From Macrostomum hystrix (lineage: Eukaryota; Animalia; Platyhelminthes), in NCBI GenBank assembly GCA_950097015.1, contig CATNEN010000039.1, positions 4,402,001 to 4,466,000 of the forward strand: a DNA stretch of 64,000 nucleotides, in the 5' to 3' direction. Position numbers and translations under genes: made by a program. Each line of letters begins with the position of its first letter. Positions within the stretch are counted from its first letter, which is position 1. This document shows, piece after piece, positions 24,247 to 40,155 of the stretch. The notes under the pieces are model-generated. The model saw nothing but the letters and a program-made list of their open reading frames with translations, was not told the DNA's origin and ran no database searches.

Positions 24247-24646
24247 TGGCATTTTTGGCTCCCTATTGTATTCGGTTGTCGCTCAGGGAATGTAGTTTTT
24301 CGATTGTCTAAAACTTGTAAACCAATCAGTGTTGTACTCATTACAAGTACCTACAGGGCTGAAGTAAACAAACGCCCTGATTTTTCTCGCATTGCCTATT
24401 CCAAATCTCCTTGGATTGAAATTGGATGGAATTCTGCGACCTTTAACACTATTAACTCCAGACACAGAAGTGGCAGTTGGAATCCTTAGCCGCTGTTGAA
24501 TTGAAATAACCAAATCGAAGACATCATTTGCGGGTGTCAAATTCAAGCAAAAAATTTGGGAATCAAGAGTTGTTTACAATTTACATTATAAACATTTTAT
24601 AAATTCTGTATACAGATTTTGACTCTGTGTTTTTGTTTGTCTGTTC

Positions 24647-25157
24647 CTATTGAAGTCCCCTGAGTACACTATCGCTCGGACTCGGCTCTTGCGGGATCCA
24701 CGGGATGAATACCTGCCGGGTACGGTAGACACCAGCGGCAACCTCCACCAGAAGGATATTGTCACGCAGTTCGCGCAGCAGCAGCCGTGTCCCATTGCAC
24801 AGCAAAGGCGGGTCCAGATTGCGCATCATCATCACTGGCATGCCGACCTTGAGCTCCAGCCGGTGATATGGCAGGCCGTTGGGATCCAGCCGGTTTAGCA
24901 GCCCCGGTGGAAAGTTGGTCGCTGCCGTATTGGGTCTACCTGTCGACGGACAGGTAGACCCGACTCGCACCTGGGAAGAGCGCCAAGCAGGCGGCGTTGA
25001 TCTCGTCCACGGTCCTGTTAAGTGGCGTCAGGATGCTCCGCTCCGCGAACATCATATCACGTTCGACGCTCGGCTCGAAGGACGGGTAGACGTGCTGGAT
25101 AAGCTGCTCAGTGGTTGTGTCATCGGGCAGGATGATCTCGCTAGGCAAGGACGCCAT
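24647..25157 (-). pseudogene. Helitron PIF1-like helicase fragment (frameshifted)
   Basis: ERSILTPLNRTVDEIN and LDPNGLPYHRLELKVGMPVMMMRNLDPPLLCNGTRL lie in different frames. Element termini were not identified. Confidence 0.85.
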
Positions 25158-25709
25158 GCCCTCTTCGTCCTCTGGCAGCTCTCCGTTGCCAACCTGAGGG
25201 CAAAATATAGTAATTTATGAGACAAAAAGCAAATAATAGAGTAAAACTTTTTGCGAAAGCAGAAGCTTTTTGCAAAAATTACAATTCTCTCTTCATTATT
25301 CAAAAAACATTAAAGTAAAAATTTCTGACCGCATAAGCATATTTTGATGCATGCCCTAGCTACAAAGTGACACCTCAGAAATTTAAATTAGTCTGGTACT
25401 TTTATAGGTATTCACATATAAAGTGTGCTTTGACAGCTTATTTGTTTCTGTAAAATTTGTAAAAAATGTCTTCACCTGCAAATCCTTATGAAAAAAGTCG
25501 GGCTTCTTGAACTTTAATCCTATAAAATACTTCAAGTATTCCAATCAACTTCAAACTTCATCCACACCTTGTCAGAGACGGTTGACGGTCATTTCGTCAT
25601 TCCCCTTTTCGTCTGGCACCTCTTCGTCTGCCAATATATGATATAGTCCATTCATGTGCTTAACGTAGGCATTAGTCTGAATAACTAGTCATATCATCCA
25701 GCTTCGTAT

Positions 25710-25862
25710 TCGGCGACTTGTCTCATCGGTTCGGCAGCCTGTCTCATCGGGTTGATGACCAGTCTCATCGGTTCGGCGACTTGTCTCATCGGTTCGGCAG
25801 CCTGTCTCATCGGGTTGATGACCAGTCTCATCGGTTCGGCGACTTGTCTTATCGGTTCAGCG
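25710..25862. repeat. 21-bp minisatellite with a 63-bp higher-order unit
   Basis: gtctcatcggttcggcgactt / gtctcatcggttcggcagcct / gtctcatcgggttgatgacca, repeated about 2.3 times. Confidence 0.85.
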
Positions 25863-27894
25863 ACCCGTGCTGTGCAAAATCAACTGGCCAACATCTTCCG
25901 AGTTGAGATCTGCCATCGTGCAGCCGCAGGTACCCGTGCCTTAGGTGGTGAGCACACAAAGCAAGAATCTGACAATGCTGGCATACTGCATCTCTGCATC
26001 ACTTGCCTCCGACACTAGTCTCCGACACTAGCCTGTACAAATTGCGGCCTACTCATTCTTTATATCCGTTCAAAGTAAGAAGGCATCGGCAACTTCAAAT
26101 TTGAAGAGGTGGCGGAGCGGTGCGGACAGACTAATGATGAGGTGAATCGGATTGCTGCATTTCTCAATATGTGAATTTGAATAATTCTTTTTTGAATTGC
26201 CTTGCCTTTTGTCGTTTTGGAACTGCATTTTGCCTATAATATAATTTTCGAAAATCAAAGATTGCGCTGTACCTATACTGCCACTTTTTGTAAGTTGTAA
26301 TTACTCATCAACGCATGTATTCGTATTCTCAATCTAATGTTTTCTGTTCCTTTTTCGCTGGCTTTTTCGTTCCCTTCATTTTCTTTATTTTTGAGCTTGT
26401 GAGACATCCCATTTTGCGGTGTCGGCCCTCGAAAGCCGAACGCCATATTGGCGTTTCTCAGCGTTCAATGCTTTGTCTGTGTGCCTGTTTCTTCTGCGCC
26501 TGTGTGCGCGTTCATTCGCTGGGCGGCTTCTGCGTCCATCGCAGCGCGCTTGACCTCTCATTGACCTCTCGTTGCTACGTTATTCATCCTCAGATACCGG
26601 TTTGATTGCTTCACTTCAATTGTGACTTGCTACAGCTTTCTCAATGCTTATTATAAAATGCTATTTGCCAATATTAATCGTTTGCTTTTTTGCTACTCAG
26701 AGTAGTGTAATTCGAATTGTGTAAAACATCCACGTACTAATTGTATTTGAACCAATCGTATATGTACCTACGATTTTTTGCATAAGCTTTCGTCGTATCA
26801 ATATAGATCGCTTCCTTTTATTTTACTACTCATAGTGGTGTATGTCGGTAAACTTAGTCAACCATGTCTATTGTTTATTTTACTCCTGCTTTGCCAATAC
26901 TAGAATCCACACTGCTCGTTGCTCAATCTTTGAAATTTTGCTCGCAGTCGCTTTCGACCCATTGACTAATGAATACCTTCGTCATTTAAAAACATCGTAG
27001 CAAATTATAATCACTCCTTATTCGCAACTTTTGCGTCCTTTGCAAGCTCTATTCCTCGACCTCAACTATTTATGGTAGAGAGGCGGGTGTGACAGTGTTC
27101 GTTTTTCGTAGCCGTATAATTCTTGAAAATACTTACTTTCTTACTTTTTATTATAATAATACATTATCCGAAATATTATGTACGGTAAACTATTTTGGTT
27201 TCTACATTTTTGTATTTTGTACTTCACTCTTCATATGTATTCACAAGCTTTCTGCGCTATATTTATTTTATTCAGTGACTAGAAAGTAGAACTTGGCTCT
27301 GAGCTTGACCCTATATTCTGATTGGTTTATTTCAGGCCAATCACAACAACACTGATTGGTGATTGGTCTAAAACACAACATAACACTACACAACAGGGGC
27401 GTAGCTAGGGGGGGGGCAAGGGGGGCCGCGGCCCCCCCAAACGGCTGGCGAACTTTGCGGCGCCTCCCCTCAGCCTCAGCCTCAGCCGCGATGGCGCCCC
27501 CCACCCGTCCTCCACAGACATACTTTTGTGGCCCCTCAAGCCATCCTCCTTGCCCTATGTACAGAGGGCCCACTGATAGGGCATCACTCCACTCACTTGC
27601 TGTGTTAGAAAATGAGGGAAGGGGTAATAAAACTGATGTGTATACTGTATAGCATAGCAGAGTGCCTTTTTGGTTTGGGGTCTGCAGGAGGAGGGGGTCG
27701 GAGGTCTGGGGAGGAGGTCTTTGTCTGTGAAGTTAGGTCTGTTATAGTATTAGCGGAGGGCTGTGGGAGGAGGAGGGGTTGGGGTTGGGGACTGCGGTTG
27801 GTTGCTTAAGTAATTTTAAAGCCACGCTAAAGCAACACTGGCTGCACATAATCTGACCGTGCTAACTTTATTCTTTAGCTGTTACACGTTATTA

Positions 27895-30800
27895 ATGGAA
27901 AACAACATTGGGGCATCAGCTGTCCCTGCACAAGAATGCGTGGCTTCAAGCAACAAGAGGAAGCGTTCCGGAGCAGAAAATCGCCATCAGAAGCAAGCAA
28001 AGAAACTAAAGGCTAGCGCTTCAGGCTGCATGAAACTAACGTCTATGTTTGAGTCAAGAAAAGACCGAACAGAAAGCAGGGCTGCTGGCGCCCTTGCTGC
28101 CGGTGACGGCGCCCTTTCTGCCTGTGACGGCGCCCTTGCTGCCGGTGACGGCGCCCTTGCTGCTGGCGCCCTTGCTGCCGGTGACGGCGCCCTTTCTGCC
28201 TGTGACGGCGCACTTGCTGCCGGTGACGGCGCCCTTTCTGCCTGTGACGGCGCCCTTGCTGCCGGTGACGGCGCCCTTGCTGCTGGCGCCCTTGCTGCCG
28301 GTGACGGCGCCCTTTCTGCCTGTGACGGCGCACTTGCTGCCGGTGACGGCGCCCTTTCTGCCTGTGACGGCGCCCTTGCTGCCGGTGACGGCGCCCTTGC
28401 TGCTGGCGCCCTTGCTGTCGGTGACGGCGCCCTTGCTGCTGGCGCCCTTGCTGTCAGTGACGGCGCCCTTGCTGCTGGCGCCCTTGCTGTCGGTGACGGC
28501 GCCCATGCTGCCTGTGATGGCGCCCATGCTGCCTGTGACGGCGCCCTTGCTGCCGGTGACGGCGCCCTTGCTGCTGGCGCCCATGCTGCCTGTGATGGCG
28601 CCCATGCTGCCTGTGATGGCGCCCATGCTGCCTGTGACGGCGCCCATGCTGCCTGTGATGGCGCCCTTGCTGCCGGTGACGGCGCCCTTGCTGCTGGCGC
28701 CCTTGCTGTCGGTGACGGCGCCCTTGCTGCTGGCGCCCTTGCTGTCAGTGACGGCGCCCTTGCTGCTGGCGCCCTTGCTGTCGGTGACGGCGCCCTTGCT
28801 GCTGGCGCCCTTGCTGTCAGTGACGGCGCCCTTGCTGCTGGCGCCCTTGCTGTCGGTGACGGCGCCCTTGCTGCTGGCGCCCTTGCTGTCGGTGACGGCG
28901 CCCTTGCTGCTGGCGCCCTTGCTGCCGGTGACGGCGCCCTTGCTGCTGGCGCCCTTGCTGCCGGTGACGGCGCCCTTTCTGCCTGTGACGGCGCCCATGC
29001 TGCCTGTGATGGCGCCCATGCTGCCTGTGATGGCGCCCATGCTGCCTGTGATGGCGCCCATGCTGCCTGTGATGGCGCCCATGCTGCCTGTGATGGCGCC
29101 CTTTCTGCCGGTGACGGCGCCCTTGCTGCTGGCGCCCATGCTGTTGGTGATGGCGCCCATGCTGTTGGTGATGGCGCCCATGCTACCGATGCACCCCTCG
29201 CAGATATTGGCCTTGCAGTACAAAAGATGCATATGTTGTCAAGTGAGGAACGCAGTAATTTTTGTGAGCCATGGAGGCCTCTTCATGAAAGTGACTATCC
29301 TTTTTCACTGCATCAAGTGCAAGGGCGGTCACGTAAGAGAAAGCTGCTGCCGTTGCATCTTAAGCGATTTCCTTGGTTGTCGGTGATTAAAGTGGCTGGA
29401 CTAGAGGAGCGTTCTGTACACCATGTGTTCTGTTTTCCTCGGCCACAGGTGTTGGTGGCCGCACTAATGGTTGTGGGCAGCAAGCCGGTGCACTTGTTCG
29501 GAAGCCTCTGAAGAGGTTTGATGACTTAACTGGAAAGGAAGGCGTGCTTTCACTGCATGAGAAAAGCGAGTACCACAAGAAAAGCGCTGAAAAAATGGAC
29601 GAGTTTTTGAGACGCACTCACAAGGGAGAAAGTGCGCAAGACATTCGATCGCAGCTCAAGACCACAAGGCAGCAGGAGATCATGAAGAATCGCGCAGGTC
29701 TAATCCCAATAATTGATTCTGTTCTGACGTGTGCTCGCCAGAACATGGCACTCCGTGGTCACCGCGGAGAGAATCAGCCAATGCAGTTGGATGCTGGAGA
29801 GACTGAAAAAATGATGGGAACTTTCGGGCGCTGCTGCGTTTCTGAGCTCGAGGAGGCGATGCTGCTCTTTCTAACCATGTGAGCCAATCTTCTGCCAATG
29901 CAACTTATCTGTCTCCACAGATTCAGAATGAAGTCTTGGATGTTGCATTGAAATTAATTCGAGAGAAGGTCGTAATGCGGGTTCAACGTGCCGAATGCTG
30001 GGCTCTGATAGTTGATGAGACAATGGATCTGCAGAAGAGAGAGCAACTTGTCATTGTTGCCCGCTATCTGTCTGATGCTACTGACGGCTCTGTGCAGCAG
30101 AATGAGGACCCAGTGGCAATGCTAGACCTTGTATCCGACATCGCTGGCGGTATCGACTCATGGGAAGATGTTCGGCTAAGTGGCGAGAACATCGCTGCAG
30201 CAATTGTTCGCCGGCTGGAGGTGCTGGGGCTTAATCTCACCAGATGCGTGGCTCCGTGTTATGATGGTGCCTCTGCAATGGCCAGTGAGAGAGTGGGTGT
30301 TGCTGCACACATTCGGAGACATGCTCCCCAGGCCGACTACTTCCACTGCATGGCCCATTGGCTAAATCTGAGTGCAGTGCGTGCCGTTAAAATCCCGACT
30401 GTCAGGAACTCGCTCGGAGTCATTCAAGAAGTTGTTGCCGCATTTCGGCCAAGTAGCAAAAAGACATTCCTACTAAAGCAGATAATTGAAGAGTCAAATG
30501 AGACTGTCGGATCAAAGCGGCAGCTTGCGAGTCTGTGTGAGACGCGGTTTTTGGAACGACACACTTCCATCGTCACGTTTCGGCAACTTTTCAATCACGT
30601 TGTGCATGCGCTGGATGAAATGAAGACCTGGCAAGGATCAGATGCGGCTCGATCAGCGACAACTCTGCATGCTGCAGTTCACAATTTCGAGTTCATTGTT
30701 GGAATGATCATCCTTGAGAACCTTGCCGGCTTACTACTGCCAGTGTCGAGGCGACTTCAAGCTGCAGACAATGAGCTTGTCGAAGCTGTCCGTGAGGTGA

Positions 30801-31545
30801 AAGAACTGCTGTCAGCGCTGGAGTCACTGCGAAGCGAGCAGCAGTTTCACGAGTTGTTTAGGGAAGCGCGGGCTCTCGCTCTTCAACTTGACATTGATCA
30901 GAAAATTCCTCGCCAAGGACGCCACGTTGCACGTTTTCAGACGGCGCAAGTGGCGCAGGCGCAGACGCAGCCCACCACCACTAGTGCCGAGGATCACTAC
31001 AGAACTTCTGTGTACTTTCCGGCAGTGGATGCTATAGCAGCCGACATCATGCTACGGTTCGGAGTGCCACAGCAGCGTGCCTTCAATCTCAGCTGTCTGC
31101 TGCCAGTGAACTTTGATGACTCAAAGCTGGACGCGCAGCTAACCTCTGTGCAAGAAGCAGCAGAGAAGTACTGCAGCCTGCTGACGGATCCGTTCGTTGT
31201 TGTAAAGCAGGAGTATATACTATGGCGACAACAGTGGTCAACAGTCGCTGCTGAACAACGTCCGGGTACAGCGGTACTAGCCTTGCGAGCCTGTAGGAAA
31301 GTTAAGTTTCCAAACATGTACCGCCTACTGGCTGTCTCTGCTATACTCTGCCTGTGTCGAACTGCGAGCCAGAGAGAGTATTTTCAAAGCCGAAGCAGAC
31401 ATTGACATGTTGTCGGAGCACAATGGGTGAGGGACGCTTGGAATCTCTGCTTCTACTTCAGTGTCACCGAACTGACTGCCCCACTCCAGCAGAGGTTCTG
31501 GACTTGTTTGCCACATCGGCTCGTCGATTGAAGTTGCTTCTTTAA
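27895..31545 (+). pseudogene. hAT transposase (TTF-type Zn finger, DUF4371-like region, hAT dimerisation domain), disrupted
   Basis: Motifs FPWL..GAFCTPCVLF, HEKSEYH, ALRGH, YLSPQIQNE, IVDET, CYDGA, HCMAHWLNL, CETRF and NCEPERVFS. Frameshifts near 29405, 29810 and 31350, and an in-frame TGA at 29843. Confidence 0.9.
28081..29185 (+). repeat. GC-rich 21/15-bp VNTR inside the transposase N-terminus
   Basis: Units ggcgcccttgctgccggtgac and ggcgcccttgctgct, in frame (DGALAAG / ALAAG). Confidence 0.95.
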
Positions 31546-33192
31546 GAAGCTCCACATTCACAATGCTTTTGTGCGCTTCGTGTCAGGTGATTTGACTACA
31601 AACACACAGGCCTATCTAATTTTTATCAGTTCAGCACCTTATCTTTTTGTGTTCTTTCTGAGTTCATGTTAAATATTTTTAATTCCCTACGAGTATTCGA
31701 TTCAATATATTCGTATGCATGCAGTGACACACTTTCTCGCATGATCTCTCACTGATCATCGACTGATTCAAGTCAACCTCGCGCTGTCGCACATTCTTAT
31801 TTATTTTTCTCAGTGTTCTCAACTGCTTACTTTTGAAATTCCGTAAAGTGCAGTAGTAAAAATGGTGACTACGATCAAACATGTATTTTGCAATTTCATT
31901 TAACAGTGTTCGTTGCCCAAAAGTGAAGATATTAGTCAATGAAATATGCACATTGGCATTGGATAAGAGTTCTTTCTTGCTCAGAGAAGGGTAAAATTTC
32001 GGTCCTAAAATTAACATATTGGCGCCCCCCTGGGAAGCGGCCCCCCCAATAAGAAATCCTGGCTACGCCCCTGCTACACAACAACACTAAGTAACTCGTC
32101 ACACTGTACATAACTTTTTAATGAAGAATTAAATTGAAACTAGTGCGACTTGACCAAATTTTTGTCGCTTTGCAAATAAAAACACTATAAAATATATTTT
32201 AAAAGACTATTTATTTGACTGCATTCAAGAAAAATTAAGTTATCTTACATAATACAGAATTTTACAAGGTAATTTGTTTTAAAATAACAAAAAACTCAAT
32301 TACATACATTTTGCATTTTCTAAGTTTGCAGTTTGCAGTTTGACTTTGACACGTTATCTCTTCAACACCGTCGCTCCCTAATATTATTATTTTGCAAAGA
32401 TACTACCTTAAACACCTTTTGTTAATACAGTAAGTAATTCAACCTTTTATTACTATCAAATTAACTAAAATGTAAGCTTCACGCCAATGATCGTGTTGTT
32501 GCTGAGTTTTGTCACACTTGTCATGGTTTCTATTCATATTACTTTTGTGTTACCCCCAAGAATCCCTTGAGCCGTTATGTAATAAATAGGATTGATATTC
32601 AATAGATCCCTATGCCTCTAATTAAGTACAATCCTATTAATTCTACACACACATAGTTTCGCCTAGCTAGCTACCCAAAACCATTTATTCTATGTTTCAC
32701 TTGTGTGTTAGCTATTCTTAGCGATGTTTGGGTACCCACAAAAGCCATTAGGCCCACACAATAATGGGCCATTAGGCCCACACAATAATATATTGGATTA
32801 ATCTTCATTAGGTACAGTACCCATGTCTCTAATAAAGATTGATCCTATTTATTTTTCTCCTATATTAAATTACCCCACCCAAAACCCCATCCCCTTCCCC
32901 ATGTTCTACTTAGTATGGTCATCCTGTGATGGGGAGTCATTCCATATAAAGTTGTTGGACATAAGACAAAATGTGTTGTTTTTTTAATTCTGCATACTAA
33001 AAACCCAAAAGGCCACAAGTTTATGTACAGAAACTATTTCATAGGATTAAAGTTCAAGAGGCCTAAAATTTCATCCCACATATTTTTCATTCTGAGCTTG
33101 CTGTTAGAGCTATCTAGAAAGCTATCTATCTAGAACAGAATAGTGCCAAGTACATTGGTGGGGTAGAGCTGCTGCCAAAGATAGGCCTACTA

Positions 33193-34389
33193 TACCTTTT
33201 CAACTTCAGATTCATCAAAAGTGGCTTCAAATTTGTCAGTGTATATAAAAAATATAGAGCGTTCAAGGGAATGAGAAGGGGTGTCTATGGTAATTTCTTT
33301 TGAGAAAGTAACTTCAAATTTGTCTAAGTGAGTGAAATTTGTCAAAGTCAGCAATCTTTCATTACTTATTGTTGTCAGAGGTGTCATATATGAGAATTTT
33401 GTTTGTGGATTGTTCCTAGACTAGTGCAATGTTTTCAACAGGGACAAGACTGGAGACTTCTCACAGTTGAACTGGACATCAAGAAGATGACTGCCAATGA
33501 CATTATCATTATATATGTAGATGAAGATAGTATTCATCTAATAATGCATAAGGTGTGGTGAGACCAAAGTTCACTGAGGAGATGCTCAAAGCATTGACAA
33601 GGCACGTGGAAAAGAAGCCGACTGTAGGCCTAATGCTAAAAGAAATGCAGCAAAAGCTTGTGGCAGACTTTCCTGTTGCTCCTGTTGTGACAACGCAGGC
33701 AATTTGTCATCAGCTTGACAGGACTTTGTGCATTACATTGAAATATGTATGGTGGTTCACAGAGATTGGAATAGTGATGTGACAAAAGAAGCTAGATTTC
33801 TACACATGACCTGGATGCTAGAAACTGGACTGCTTATGTAGAATTTAATCTATGTAGATGAGTGTGGGTACAACCTATGGACGGCACAAACTAAAGGATG
33901 GGTGGATTTCGGCAATCATGCAGTAATGATTGCAAATTCACAATGTGGGCAAAACTGATGGTAGCACTTGCTGTTAGCCCACATTTGGGCCTAGTCTACA
34001 ACCTCATCTTTGTTGGTGGCTTTACAGCAGGGAGGTTTTGTGAGTTTATAATTGAAGTTGGGACCCTTTTTGACATTGATGACTTTAAAGTGTGATATTA
34101 TGTGTCTGTTTTCCTGTTCTGTTTGTTTAGTTGCTGTTTTACTTCACAATTGACAATATATACCACAGATTCTATATTACCTATATTACCTATATTATAT
34201 ATAGGTAATATAAATCTGTGATATATACTGGTTGCACTGACAAATTTCAGTTACTTAGACAAATTCAAAGTAACTTTCTCAAAAGAAATTACCATAGACA
34301 CCCTTCTCATTCCCTTGAGCACTCTATAGTTTTAAATATATGCTGACAAATTCGAAGTCACTTTTGATGAATCTGAAATTGAAAAGGAA
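33193..34389 (+). mobile_element. Degenerate Tc1/IS630-like element with TIRs of about 155 bp
   Basis: 33195-33347 is an inverted repeat of 34237-34387, with TA flanks. Internal remnants RPKFTEEMLKALTRHVEKKP and NLIYVDECGYNLWT. Confidence 0.85.
34156..34228. mobile_element. 57-bp hairpin with 8-bp TSD; second candidate P-type footprint
   Basis: atatatac | cacagattctatattac...ggtaatataaatctgtg | atatatac. Confidence 0.65.
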
Positions 34390-36168
34390 TATTCAAGATT
34401 ACTCTGAAACAGCTTCGGATATGCCAAGCATTTTCTGAATTTTCTGCTTTGCATGGGCCCAACTCAAACTCAATAGTTTTGGCCATAGACAGATAATGTG
34501 GCATGATTAATTGGGTTAAATTCAGACTCTGATGTATATGCAGCATAAAAAATAATTGTGCAAAACAAACTGCAGTAATGCCTAGGTTTTTTATATGTAG
34601 ATCTTTATAAGTGAAAAGTAACATTTTAGCATTCTAGTTGTCACAAACATTTTCAGATAATAAGCTAGGACCCTACTTCCATGTTTAAATGTTTAGCCTA
34701 ACTCAATCTTGAATCTACTACTGAAGTCTAGCTACTGATCTATCTAAACATTTTAGCCAATCTAGCAACAGGAGGATATTGTGTAATGTAGGCTAATTTT
34801 TTTGCACCTGGTTGACATTAACAATAAGATGACTGCCATTGAAAAAGCTGACTTTTGTATTGCTAGTGACCTTCTGTGTACTGTAGCCTGCAGTTATAGG
34901 TATGGTTTCATCATAGACAATGCTCAAAACCACTCGTGGTGAATAGTATATGTGGTTTGTATTACACCCAGGCCAGGCATTGCTATCACCAAATTGGGCT
35001 CCATCTTGCCTCTGTATCTATTTTGTATAAGTGCCAGTAAATTTGTCTACCTCCAGTTTATCTTCTGAGCATATAAAAATGTAAATAGATTTCTCTGCCT
35101 ACTAATAATGATGGCATTATATTGGATGTCATCAACACAAGCTTGCATAATACTGTCCTAATATAATTAGATTCTAATTTTAAAGAACTTAAACATACAT
35201 CTGATTTTGAGTTGGCCATGCCTTATGGGAATAAGTTAACAATCTGCAGATGGCATCTATTGAAATTTTGGGATTTTTCCTAAGTGCAGAGTGTGCAAAA
35301 CACTTTTCCTACTTAACTGATGCTAAAAACACTTATGGGCAGCCAGCAGAAGCATGGACTAGCTCTGAAGACAGGCACAAACTTTTGGACACATTGCATT
35401 GTGTTCTAGGTGCTAGACTAAAGTGCACCATTGTCCAGACCATGCTGGCCATATACAAGGTGGATAAATAGCACCAAGGCTATTAGAATATTTAGTAAGT
35501 TTTAGACCCTATGGATATGCGAAATATTGTGTCAAATATGTTTAATCGGTTAAAATCTTAAAATCACAAAAGCAGATATCCCAATTTGTGACACTGCAAC
35601 ACTGATTATCTATATATATAAAAGTGAAAACTCTGTCTGTCTGTCTGTCTGTCTGTGTGCAACCTTTTGTCTTTATAGACGCCGAAACCGCTCAACCAAA
35701 TCGCACCAAACTTTGCACATACCTAAAACCACCTACGCTGAGTGCAATAGGCTACTCAAATTCCCGAAAAATCATTTCCTTCCTGCTCAAAAGTGCAAAA
35801 AACTGCTCAAAAATCGTCAAAAAATCACTCAATTCGACATATCGTCGCCCCACTTTGTCAGATTTTCTCCAAATTTGATCCACTTACACTTTACATGTTT
35901 TCCAACAATGCTGTCAATTTTGAACATCTCTACTCAATCCAGAGCAAAGCTGCATCATCTCAAAGTGAGTCACTTTTTGTTTTCCGAGGACAGCCACCCC
36001 AACTCCCCTCCGCCACTCTGCGGGCCAAATTTTATTACAGCCACCCCCTCCCTTCCCCGGGCGCCGAAGCCCCAGACTGTACATTGTATTTCAAGCCGTG
36101 AATGTACACAGCCCAAACCCCTAGACTGTCTACTGGCCCCCAAGCAGCACTGAGACTGAGTGCGGTGA

Positions 36169-36864
36169 GTGCGGTGGCGTCCCAGTGCGCAGGGCTCTCC
36201 GGTCGATATTTCTCTCCAGCCAGCCTATTTCTCTCGATATGCTGACGTTGACTGGCTGTCAGAGAGGGCAATTCTGTGTCCTAGAAATGATGCCACCAAC
36301 GAAATTAACTACCAACTGCTTCAGGAGTTGCCAGGTGCAGTTTTCACCTACAAGTCAATTGATACAACGTTGACTGATGACACCGCTGTGGAGTATCCTG
36401 TTGAGTTTCTGAACTCTCTAGATCCTCCTGGAACTCCATCGCACAACTTGCAGCTGAAAGTTGGGGCACCAATTATGCTCCTCCGCAACCTGAATGCGCC
36501 AAGGCTGTGTAACGGCACCAGACTGATAGTCAGGCGGCTCTTCCCACACGTGATTGAGGCCACGATAATGACTGGATCTGGCAGAGGAGAGTCTGTGTTC
36601 GTTCCCCGGATTCCAATTATCCCCACGGACCTGCCATTTCAGTTCAAGCGACTGCAGTTCCCTGTGAGAGTGTGCTTTGCGATGACTATTAACAAGGCTC
36701 AGGGACAGTCGCTGAAGGTGGCTGGCATCAACCTGGAGACTCCTTGCTTCTCGCATGGGCAGCTTTATGTCGCCTGCTCCCGTGTTGGAACTCCAGCTGG
36801 CCTATTCATTTTCGCACCAAGGGGAAGAACGAAGAATGTGGTGTATCCCCAGGACTTGAGGTGA
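36169..36864 (+). pseudogene. Helitron PIF1-like helicase C-terminal fragment
   Basis: WLSERAILCPRN, LKVGAPIMLLRNL..LCNGTRL, FAMTINKAQGQSL and FSHGQLYVACSRV. No Rep domain and no N-terminal helicase motifs. Confidence 0.9.
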
Positions 36865-37016
36865 CTCGCAAGCAATTAATAGAAAAGTAGTCACGAATTG
36901 ACCTTGACCTGTCTAACTCTGAACTCTGAAACAGTTTAATTTTGTTTCTTTGACATTGTTATTGTTATGCCATGGCTATTTTCCTTATGTATACGCGTGT
37001 ACATGCATACTGTATA

Positions 37017-37290
37017 CAGAGGCAGATTTAGGGGGGGGGCGGGGGGGCAGTCGCCCCCCTAAATTTTAATCATGGGAATAAGATGCCCCCACCAGGGGCG
37101 CCAGTCGCAGCACTGGCGCTCCTTTTCGGCCGCTGGCGCCCCTTTTTCAGCCGCTGGCTCCCGTTTTTCAGCCACTGGCGCCCTTTCTTGGCTCCTGGCG
37201 CCCTTTTTCGGCCGCTGGCACCCCCTCTGTGATTCTCATGGCGCTCCCCTGACAGACCGCCCCAAAACAAAATTCCTGGATCTGCCACTG
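37017..37290. mobile_element. hAT-type MITE nested in the Helitron
   Basis: TIRs cagaggcagatttagg and cctggatctgccactg. 8-bp TSD actgtata at 37009-37016 and 37291-37298. Confidence 0.9.
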
Positions 37291-37857
37291 ACTGTATAGA
37301 GGAGTGGCTAAGAGACATGTTTCTAAAGAAGTAATCAAGAGGGGGCTGTTTGGACAAACTTTTCACTTATTTTTTACTTAAAACGCCCTTAAACAAACTC
37401 TTCACTTTTCATTAATGCAGTAAATAAATAAATGGTGACCATCACTACAAAGTTAATACAGAGACGTGAATTGCTTACTGCTTTGCTTTAAATTTCTGCC
37501 CCAAAAACAACGGGCAAAAAAAGCTAGTATATATATATAAGTACATTTCTGTCTGACCGATACATTGAGGTCCTGTTTTTATCTCTCTAATAGGTATAAT
37601 TTTAAATTATAGTGTTGGCTACTCCTGTCTGACACATTAAAAAAACAGATACTGTATAAGCAAACATTATGCTTTTTATAAATTCTGTAAAATAGCAACT
37701 TAAAATTTCAGGCTTTACCTGGACTCTATTTAATTGAAAATGTCTATAGTGTACATTTACAATAACAATTATATGATATCAGCTTTTTATTTCTACTTAC
37801 ATTTGTATGAGCTTGCAGCTTTTTAATCACCAATGTTTGTTACACTTTCCAGCTTAA

Positions 37858-40155
<2,298 letters not shown>

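Larger units (their letters stand above)
27394..32073 (+). mobile_element. Full-length hAT DNA transposon
   Basis: TIRs caggggcgtagctagg and cctggctacgcccctg (15/16 match). 8-bp TSD ctacacaa at 27386-27393 and 32074-32081. Confidence 0.95.
35609..37527 (+). mobile_element. Non-autonomous Helitron
   Basis: 5' end A|TCTATATATATAAAA followed by (tgtc)n. 3' hairpin tgcccc..cgggca, then CTAG|T. Carries a helicase C-terminal fragment. Confidence 0.85.

Noticed and set aside
28043-29386. Alternative-frame ORFs over the hAT VNTR
   Set aside because: Artefact of a GC-rich repeat with unit lengths divisible by 3.
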